Origin: Nitrosotalea sp.
GTDB lineage: Archaea; Thermoproteota; Nitrososphaeria; Nitrososphaerales; Nitrosopumilaceae
Reading direction: 5' to 3'
DNA length: 32,000 nucleotides
NCBI GenBank assembly: GCA_050749285.1
Contig: JBOGQX010000052.1
Location: 11,965 to 43,964 of the forward strand
The translations under genes were made by a program, and so were the position numbers. This document shows, in pieces, positions 1 to 5,916 of this stretch. Under the pieces are notes generated by a model. That model had not been told where the DNA came from. It was given only the letters and a program-made list of their open reading frames with translations, and made no database searches. Position 1 is the first letter of the stretch. Each line of letters starts with the position of its first letter.

Positions 1-420
1 TATTTTCAGAGTGTAATTAATTGGGTTGAGACTACATTCAAGGTCAAAAGAAAATATATGAAAAGTGTGGATTGGGGTTCTTTGTATAATGAATACAAAG
101 ACATGCAATTAGATACAGATAAGATTGAATTAGAAACAGAAAAATTGATTTTAGATGATGATGCTACTCAAAAAAGTGGAATTTACCCATATATTCTGAC
201 ACGAGATGAAAAATGTCTTTCAATTCGTGCATTTACAGAAAATATGAAACATAAAGTCTATGAAAAACAACATGGTAAATGTGTAAAATGCAATGAACAT
301 TTTGAATTATCTGAAATGGAAGCCGATCACATAACCCCTTGGCATGAAGGTGGAAAGACAAATGAGGATAACTGTCAATTACTTTGTAAGAATGATAACC
401 GTAGAAAATCAGGAAAATAA
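1..420 (+). CDS. C-terminal part of an HNH (His-Me finger) endonuclease. The tail resembles those on DUF262/GmrSD-like type IV restriction proteins. The 5' end lies outside the window.
   Basis: Frame 1 is open from nt 1 (YFQSVINWVETTFKVKRKY precedes the Met at 58), so the gene is cut by the window edge. The C-terminus reads GKCVKCNEHF...ADHITPWHEGGKTNEDNCQLLCKNDNRRK (about nt 280-411). This has the DH...N...N HNH signature with flanking Cys pairs. Confidence 0.7.
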   Translation, partial: YFQSVINWVETTFKVKRKYMKSVDWGSLYNEYKDMQLDTDKIELETEKLILDDDATQKSGIYPYILTRDEKCLSIRAFTENMKHKVYEKQHGKCVKCNEHFELSEMEADHITPWHEGGKTNEDNCQLLCKNDNRRKSGK

Positions 421-604
421 TACTTAATTTCAAATAATCATTCCACCATAACTTAACACCTAATTTTTCATTACCGAAAATCACCCGTTTCTTAACAATC
501 AATTTCAACAACTCATTTCACCCTTTAATTTACCAGTGTCTGATTTTTCTTTTTGTTTCTTTCGGTTGATGAATTAAATTATCTTTAAGGAAATAGTATT
601 TCAT

Positions 605-1168
605 ATGGCAATCTATGATTTGTTTTTCCAATACCAAGTTAGAGGTATGATTACTGGCATAGAAGTAACTATAGACAAAAAATTACATCATTTATCTGCG
701 TTAGCACTTTCTGCATATACAGAGGTGATGGGTGGTTTAGTCACGGGTAACTTGAAGAAAAAAGGATATTCACGAAAGAATTACGAAGCTTTTCTTCCAT
801 ATTTGGGGGATAAATATGTTGATCTGAATAATCAATTAAAGAGTCGAAAAACTAGTTTACATGAAATGGTTAGAAATAAGTTAGTTCATGAGTTTTCACC
901 TAGACCATCTTATGGTATTTTTATTTCTGAATCTGAACAAGAAAAAATTGGAATAGAAGTAAATTTCGATCAAAACCAAATACCTATTCTAATAATTGGC
1001 GTTAGAGAATATTATCGAGATTTCAAGAATGGAACAGAAAAATATTATGATGATTTAGAAATATCTGCAAGCCAACCTCCTTTTAGTGAAGGTCATATTC
1101 TTTTTGATAATTTTTGTAATGCGGTAGTGGATAGATCAGCCGTAGAACAAGCAAGCAAATCACAATAA
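605..1168 (+). CDS. Hypothetical protein of 187 aa, apparently helix-rich by composition, with a HEPN-type R-N-x3-H motif. Possible RNase or abortive-infection-type effector.
   Basis: ATG-initiated ORF with no overlap. The motif VRNKLVHEF (R90-N-K-L-V-H95, nt 872-889) matches the Rx4-6H / RNxxxH HEPN signature. I recognise no other family. Confidence 0.45.
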   Translation: MAIYDLFFQYQVRGMITGIEVTIDKKLHHLSALALSAYTEVMGGLVTGNLKKKGYSRKNYEAFLPYLGDKYVDLNNQLKSRKTSLHEMVRNKLVHEFSPRPSYGIFISESEQEKIGIEVNFDQNQIPILIIGVREYYRDFKNGTEKYYDDLEISASQPPFSEGHILFDNFCNAVVDRSAVEQASKSQ

Positions 1169-1240
1169 GTCTTTAGGTTTCCAATATCTCCTTACCCTAT
1201 TTCTACAGTCATCACACCAAAAATATTTGAAAGGATAATG

Positions 1241-2419
1241 ATAGTCTAGATCCATCTTGATTTGACATAACGGGCATTGATGAATCATGATTCTCTCTTA
1301 CTTGCGTTTTGTATCAATGTCATCCATTTGTTATCGCCTTCGATCTTAACGCCACATGCTTCGGCAGGAGTTTTACCTTCTAACCCCATGTGTGGTCGCA
1401 AGTAGTTATGGTACATTTGATAGCCATGAATGAGAACTGAATCCTTGATCTTGATACCTCGTACTACCTTCTCTCTATCTCTAAATTCACCGTTTAGTCT
1501 CTCCATTTTGTTATTGTTCATATCACCTTTCAAGTGGATATGTTGAATGTGAATCGGTCTAGTCTGTCTATCCTTTACCCATAATTCTTTTTGATATGCG
1601 TCATGATATGCCTGTAATCCATCAGTAATCAAGACCTTTGGCTTCATACCTGTTATTGCTTTTCCTTTTACAAACAAGCCTCTTACATCGTGTTTTTCTT
1701 TTGAATCTGCAACTTCTTGAGCAATCCAAAATCTTGTTTCGTCATCCATTAGAGAAAAGACATATTTCATCTCGCCTCTAATCTTGACAAAAACTTCATC
1801 TGCTCTCCAAGTATCGCCTACCTGTGGAGTTATCTTGTTTAGATATTCTAGCATGATTTTTGTATATTTCTTAATCCATCCATAGATTGTCTTGTAGGTT
1901 ATCACAACGCCTTGTACTCTCATGAATTGCTCTATATTTCTGAGAGATTCGCCTGTAAAGTACATCTGTAGTGCCATAGTTACATGTTCAGGTGAATGCT
2001 TCATCTTCTTGAAGCCTACATTTATTGAGAATGTTTTACGACAGTCCTTGCACGAGAATCGTTGAATATCACCTGATTTATTGCGTCTAATTCCGAATTT
2101 TATGAGGTTTTCAGACTTGCAAAAGAGACATGAATCTGTCTTTATTGGTGAGATTATGACCATGTTCTTTAACCGTACCTCTTCCCTCATCTTTAGGCTG
2201 AACTCTACAGCATGAATATGCTTACAGCAAATATGTCTGAAAGTGTGATCAGGGCAATTACAATGCCAAGCATCCGTTTTAATTACATCATATTCCCTCT
2301 TTGTAGTCTGTGAATGTACTTATAGTAGTCATCTCTTACGCGGATTAGATCGCTTTTGAGTGCGATTGTTTTTCCTTTTTCTTCACGAGGATTCACTATG
2401 TTTTCCATGTCTAGACTAT
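1241..2419 (-). mobile_element. IS6-family insertion sequence; boundaries are tentative.
   Basis: It contains the DDE transposase gene at 1285..2190. A perfect 10-bp inverted pair, ATAGTCTAGA (1241-1250) and TCTAGACTAT (2410-2419), brackets it. An alternative imperfect pair is CATTGATGAATC (1275-1286) and GATTCACTATG (2390-2400). No flanking direct repeat was seen. Confidence 0.45.
1285..2190 (-). CDS. IS6-family DDE transposase with an N-terminal zinc finger.
   Basis: 301 aa. Zn finger: CLFCKS...CKDCRKTF. DDE triad contexts: WRADEVFVKI, VLITDGLQAY and NNKMERLNGEFRDREK. These match the IS6/IS26-type layout, D..D..E followed by a basic residue. Confidence 0.9.
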   Translation of the reverse strand: MREEVRLKNMVIISPIKTDSCLFCKSENLIKFGIRRNKSGDIQRFSCKDCRKTFSINVGFKKMKHSPEHVTMALQMYFTGESLRNIEQFMRVQGVVITYKTIYGWIKKYTKIMLEYLNKITPQVGDTWRADEVFVKIRGEMKYVFSLMDDETRFWIAQEVADSKEKHDVRGLFVKGKAITGMKPKVLITDGLQAYHDAYQKELWVKDRQTRPIHIQHIHLKGDMNNNKMERLNGEFRDREKVVRGIKIKDSVLIHGYQMYHNYLRPHMGLEGKTPAEACGVKIEGDNKWMTLIQNASKRES

Positions 2420-2458
2420 GTCTAGACCCATATTTTAATGTTTAGACAATGTATAGAC
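2407..2458. promoter_or_regulatory. Array of four phased 10-bp direct repeats, ATGTNTAGAC. Operator-like or subterminal IS repeats.
   Basis: ATGTCTAGAC at 2407-2416 and 2418-2427, ATGTTTAGAC at 2438-2447, ATGTATAGAC at 2449-2458. They form two pairs with 11-bp spacing. The core GTCTAGAC is palindromic. A TATA-like TTAAATATAAT (2459-2469) follows about 25 nt before the ATG at 2491. Confidence 0.5.
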
Positions 2459-2490
2459 TTAAATATAATACAAAATACAATAAGATTAGA

Positions 2491-2646
2491 ATGGCAGTAT
2501 TCAAAACCAAGTTAATTAAGTGGGGTAACTCTGTCGGTGTCAGCATTCCAAAACCAGTTCGAGATACGTTAAAGCTTGATGCTGGTGATAAAGTGGATTT
2601 AGTTGACAAAGATGGTTATGTCATAATCAAAAAATCTGAAAAATAA
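2491..2646 (+). CDS. AbrB/SpoVT/MazE-family DNA-binding protein (antitoxin-like), 51 aa.
   Basis: MAVFKTKLIKWGNSVGVSIPKPVRDTLKLDAGDKVDLVDKDGYVIIKK matches the swapped-hairpin AbrB/MazE pattern (kWGNS.gv.IPk...l.l..Gd.v). The ORF-track start at 2449 lies inside the fourth upstream repeat, so the ATG at 2491 is preferred. Confidence 0.75.
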   Translation: MAVFKTKLIKWGNSVGVSIPKPVRDTLKLDAGDKVDLVDKDGYVIIKKSEK

Positions 2647-2859
2647 AATGTGACAGTCATCCATCTCGTTTCTTAGATTCAATGATCGAATTTTCTATTT
2701 GTGCAAAATCTGTCAATGCAAAAACCCCATTAGTATCAAAAGAGAGTTAAATAAACACTGCGGCAAAATCAAATTTTCAGTTTAGAAATATATGGGACTC
2801 CAAGTAGCAACAAACGATAAAAGGCAGTTCATTTTAATCAAAATACCCAATGATGAGAT

Positions 2860-2936
2860 GGTGGGGGTTCCACGTGTGGCGAGCGGTCAGGCTCGGTAAT
2901 TCCCCTAAGGGCACACGTCTCCACCTCTCGGAGGGC
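2860..2936 (+). ncRNA. Candidate structured RNA element: a GC-rich island of unknown class.
   Basis: 51 of 77 nt are G+C by hand count, in AT-rich flanks. Nested pairings: 2860-2866 GGTGGGG with 2919-2925 CTCCACC (one G-U); 2872-2878 ACGTGTG with 2912-2918 CACACGT; hairpin 2880-2884 CGAGC with 2891-2895 GCTCG (loop GGTCAG); and a small CCC/GGG hairpin at 2902-2911. Strand assignment is tentative. Confidence 0.3.
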
Positions 2937-2940
2937 ATTT

Positions 2941-2995
2941 TCAATTATGTCTATAAAAAACAATTACTGTAATGGTTCTCTATGGACATAATTGA
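2941..2995. repeat. 15-bp inverted repeat (14/15 matched) with a 25-nt spacer.
   Basis: TCAATTATGTCTATA (2941-2955) against the reverse complement of TATGGACATAATTGA (2981-2995). The spacer contains the palindrome ATTACTGTAAT. Confidence 0.7.
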
Positions 2996-3044
2996 ATTAA
3001 TATTATTAATATTATTAAAGATATACCTCAGAGGTATACTTGGA

Positions 3045-3081
3045 ACGTAAATTTCTGATCTGAAATTCGTGCCTATTTTTT
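3045..3081 (+). terminator. Hairpin followed by a T-run; terminator-like.
   Basis: ACG-(TA)-AATTTC (3045-3055) pairs with GAAATTCGT (3062-3070) over the loop TGATCT, followed by TATTTTTTG (3074-3082). Oligo-T tracts are the usual archaeal termination signal. Confidence 0.3.
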
Positions 3082-3196
3082 GATTAACAACCGACTGGAA
3101 CATGAAGAGAACAACCGATATCAGGAATATAACCTGACACTGGGTTCTGTCAAATCAACGTCGGATCTTTTACTTGTAAAAAATCGTCGGGCATCA

Positions 3197-3421
3197 TTAT
3201 GTGTGGTTCATAACATCATATCTTTCTAGGACGTATAGAATATTGATCAGTGTTACTACTCCAAAAACAACAAAGAGCATGGGTATACGCACTTTTAACC
3301 TGTTTGGTGTTGCAGTGTACTTTCGCATCACATAATATGATAATATTGAAAATATCGCAGTAATAATACAAACTCTTACAATTATGTCTGTTATTAAATC
3401 AAACATGAAAAAATTAAACAA
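3197..3421 (-). CDS. Small hypothetical membrane protein (74 aa, two hydrophobic helices).
   Basis: ORF with two hydrophobic stretches, DIIVRVCIITAIFSILSYYV and IPMLFVVFGVVTLINILYVL. A T6 run on the coding strand follows just after the stop. No family was recognised. Confidence 0.4.
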   Translation of the reverse strand: MFNFFMFDLITDIIVRVCIITAIFSILSYYVMRKYTATPNRLKVRIPMLFVVFGVVTLINILYVLERYDVMNHT

Positions 3422-3448
3422 TATGAGATTAATGAATATAGCGAGTTG

Positions 3449-3652
3449 TTATTTTTTACTTGCATTTTGAATCAAAGTAATCCACTTGTTATCCCCTTCA
3501 ATCTTGATTCCTGCTACTTCACTAGGCGTTTTTCCCTCTAATCCCATGTGTGGTCGAATGTAGTCATGGTAAATCTGATAACCGTTAATCAAAGGAGAGT
3601 CGTCTTTTTTGATTCCTCTAACTACTTTTTCTCTATCCCTAAACTCATCGTT
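3449..3652 (-). pseudogene. Truncated IS6-family transposase; only the C-terminal ~67 codons remain.
   Basis: NDEFRDREKVVRGIKKDDSPLINGYQIYHDYIRPHMGLEGKTPSEVAGIKIEGDNKWITLIQNASKK aligns with the C-terminus of the 1285..2190 transposase at 52/66 identical residues (hand alignment). Homology stops abruptly upstream of NDEF. The first 11 codons of ORF 3449..3685 are unrelated read-through. Confidence 0.85.
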
Positions 3653-3697
3653 TAGAACACCCCCGTATAAACAACAAACCAACAAAGGAGCAGATCT

Positions 3698-3817
3698 TTA
3701 TGTTAATTTATTGTGGCATTTTGGGCAAGTAGGAACTCCCATATCAGCAGAATAATCTTTCCTAGGTTTTGCTTGATATCCGCATTTCATACATGATCCA
3801 GTTGTGAAAGCGGTCAT
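3698..3817 (-). CDS. Zinc-ribbon miniprotein, 39 aa; not in the ORF track.
   Basis: Hand translation gives MTAFTTGSCMKCGYQAKPRKDYSADMGVPTCPKCHNKLT, with two CxxC pairs (CMKC and CPKC). A TATA-like CCTAAATAT lies about 20-30 nt upstream on the minus strand. Confidence 0.4.
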   Translation of the reverse strand: MTAFTTGSCMKCGYQAKPRKDYSADMGVPTCPKCHNKLT

Positions 3818-3912
3818 GATAATGGTCACAGTCCATCATATTTAGGTAATAATGAATCGTTTAAAATTTTACATGCCTATTTTATGAAAATGTATACACT
3901 GTTAATCTTAGT

Positions 3913-4092
3913 TTAACGTTTTCTGCGTTGGCCTGGTTTGTTCTGTCCAGGGACTCTCTTGAGGAGGAATCTTTTTCTAAAATTTTGGCGGTTTCTCGAG
4001 CTTGCAATAACTCCATGTCTTTCTCTTGCTTGAACCTTTGGAGTTTGACCTCTAACTTTTCCCGCTTTAGTAAGCGAACCGTGAGTTGGCAC
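3913..4092 (-). CDS. rps30e: Ribosomal protein eS30 (S30e), GTG start; not in the ORF track.
   Basis: Hand translation of the minus strand gives (GTG)PTHGSLTKAGKVRGQTPKVQARERHGVIASSRNRQNFRKRFLLKRVPGQNKPGQRRKR. The HGSL.KAGKVRGQTPKV core is the conserved eS30 signature. The gene sits directly downstream of the radical SAM gene on the same strand. Confidence 0.85.
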   Translation of the reverse strand: MPTHGSLTKAGKVRGQTPKVQARERHGVIASSRNRQNFRKRFLLKRVPGQNKPGQRRKR

Positions 4093-4135
4093 GAACTAGA
4101 TCGTCTTTTAATGCAATTTATGTATTTGGTTTCCT

Positions 4136-5860
4136 TTACCAGTACTTTGTCTTGATTGTCTCAATGACTCTCAGGTGTTCTGGGCTTTTTCTTCGTGCAT
4201 GCTTTTCCATTGCATCTAATGGAACTCCACCCAGTGTCTTTGCAAGACCAGTGAACATCTTTCGTTTGAATGAACTGTTGTGTCCTGTTTTATCCATAAA
4301 TTTCTGAATTCCGTACTTGAAGTTGTGTTGCCATGTCTTGTACATGACGCCAAGCTGAGCAGCTGTCATTTCATTACCGATATCAAAGAACTCTGATTTT
4401 TCAAGCAATCCAATTGGAACAAATGTCAATGGTGTAGCTGTAAACATGGATTCTGGTTGTTCTCTTTCCAGATCACTGATGAGCTTGATAGTATCCCATG
4501 CGTCTTCTTCTGTCTCTGCGTTGTCTAATCCCATAATAAGTGTGAACGCTGGAATCCAGTGATTTTCATTTAGTGTCTTTACTCCTTCTTTTACTACCCA
4601 ATGCCATTCTTCTGGCTTGTATGGAGATAGTTTTCTGTCTGCATACTTGCCAATCAATCTCAAGCTTCCGGTCTCAAAGCCACATTGAATTCCAATCTTG
4701 TTTTCTACACTTGCGCGGATAATTTTTGAGATGTTTGGAACTAATTTCTCATCCGCAATTGCGCCAGCTAGTGTACCATGAGTTGGGTTGGTATGAACAA
4801 TTTCTGTTGACATTACTACAGTAAAGAGCTCTTCAAGGGCTTCCCTGTTTGGAGCCATGTTCTTTGTCTTTCTTGGATCTAAGCCATACACAAATATGTC
4901 ATCACTGTGCAACCATGCATTTCTCTGTCCACTTTTCTTTATGTTAACCTCGATTTCCCTTTTGACTTTCTCAGGTGGATAATACCTAAGTGGTCTTAGT
5001 GTAACATCACAAAACTTGCATCCTCTGCCGCATCCTCTCATAACCTCCACCATACCATGCATACTTGGCTCTACAATGTCAGGAATATCATCAATATCTG
5101 GCTCATCCCAATAATGGATAAACCTTCCATGGAATTTGTTACCATCCCGACCGAACTCTTTGATCTCTGTCTTAAAGTCACTTTTAACAAATGGATTCAT
5201 GTTGTCGAATTCATTGTTGATTAATTTGTTAAAGAATAATCCTGCATGTCCATCTATTTCTGGAGCAATTCCTCCCAGCTCTCCTTCCAACACGGCATAC
5301 AAACCATACTCTTGAATTTTTTTCGGATCGTAATTATATTGCCAAGTTCCTGATGCACCAGCTATTACTTTGGCATTACTTCCGTTCTTTTTCTTGGCTT
5401 CATTAATTTTCTTGTGCAAATCTGCATTGTAATATTCATCATATGAGGTTTGTTTGCGACCATAGGTGAAGGTCATTGTAACAGGACCCATTCCAAGAGG
5501 ATCCATCTCATAAGTTCCTACAACTTGAGTCTCAGGACCAATGAATTTGTCTACATGATCTGGATGAGCAACTACTACTTCTTCTCTCTTGAAACCATCC
5601 CTGAGTAGTGCAGCCTCAACTTTTCTTAATCCATATGGAGCAAAATCTGCAATTCCGTTATGATGTGATATTGGATTACAGATGAAATCAAAGAGTACTT
5701 TTGGTGTAACTTGGTTTTTAAAAATATAGTACCATATACTGCTTTTTGATCTGTGAGGATCAAGAGCAGGAGCACAACCAAAGAACGTGGCCAAAGATAT
5801 CCCACGGTATGGCGACATTAAAGTACGATCAGCAGTTAATACAATTTTTGGATGGCCCAA
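4136..5860 (-). CDS. Radical SAM protein with a long N-terminal, B12-binding-like domain (574 aa).
   Basis: CGRGCKFC (Cx3Cx2C, nt 5009-5032) in the context MVEVMRGCGRGCKFCDV. The N-terminal ~270 aa resemble the Rossmann-like domain of class B radical SAM enzymes. Apparent TTG start. Confidence 0.85.
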   Translation of the reverse strand: MGHPKIVLTADRTLMSPYRGISLATFFGCAPALDPHRSKSSIWYYIFKNQVTPKVLFDFICNPISHHNGIADFAPYGLRKVEAALLRDGFKREEVVVAHPDHVDKFIGPETQVVGTYEMDPLGMGPVTMTFTYGRKQTSYDEYYNADLHKKINEAKKKNGSNAKVIAGASGTWQYNYDPKKIQEYGLYAVLEGELGGIAPEIDGHAGLFFNKLINNEFDNMNPFVKSDFKTEIKEFGRDGNKFHGRFIHYWDEPDIDDIPDIVEPSMHGMVEVMRGCGRGCKFCDVTLRPLRYYPPEKVKREIEVNIKKSGQRNAWLHSDDIFVYGLDPRKTKNMAPNREALEELFTVVMSTEIVHTNPTHGTLAGAIADEKLVPNISKIIRASVENKIGIQCGFETGSLRLIGKYADRKLSPYKPEEWHWVVKEGVKTLNENHWIPAFTLIMGLDNAETEEDAWDTIKLISDLEREQPESMFTATPLTFVPIGLLEKSEFFDIGNEMTAAQLGVMYKTWQHNFKYGIQKFMDKTGHNSSFKRKMFTGLAKTLGGVPLDAMEKHARRKSPEHLRVIETIKTKYW

Positions 5861-5916
5861 TTTTCAATTTCAATGACTTGGTATAGCATTTTAAGGTTTC
5901 CTGTATTTTCACGAGT

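Noticed and set aside
233-511. A 92-aa minus-strand ORF.
   Set aside because: It is antisense to the HNH coding region and runs into the spacer. Its composition is hydrophobic and low-complexity, with no motif. It is a shadow ORF.
566-1285. The 9-mer TTGATGAAT at 566-574 and 1277-1285, flanking the HEPN-like gene, as a target-site duplication or element boundary.
   Set aside because: A rough composition-based estimate gives about one chance occurrence of such an AT-rich 9-mer in 32 kb on both strands. There is no supporting extended similarity.
2792-2902. A 36-codon ORF (MGLQVATNDKRQFILIKIPNDEMVGVPRVASGQAR) running through the GC-rich island.
   Set aside because: It is short, and its composition switches abruptly half-way. 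I recognise no motif in it. The nested base pairing explains the GC-rich part better than coding does. A gene fragment cannot be fully excluded.
2849-2936. The GC-rich island read as a tRNA, tRNA fragment (att site) or C/D box sRNA.
   Set aside because: The 7-bp outer stem spans only 66 nt. There is no cloverleaf and no GTTCRA-type T-loop on either strand. A C-box-like ATGATGA exists at 2850-2856, but no CTGA D or D' box follows within 80 nt. The region is kept only as an unclassified RNA candidate.
3928-4307. Plus-strand ORFs 3928..4155 and 4086..4307.
   Set aside because: They are antisense shadows of the eS30 gene and of the 3' end of the radical SAM gene.
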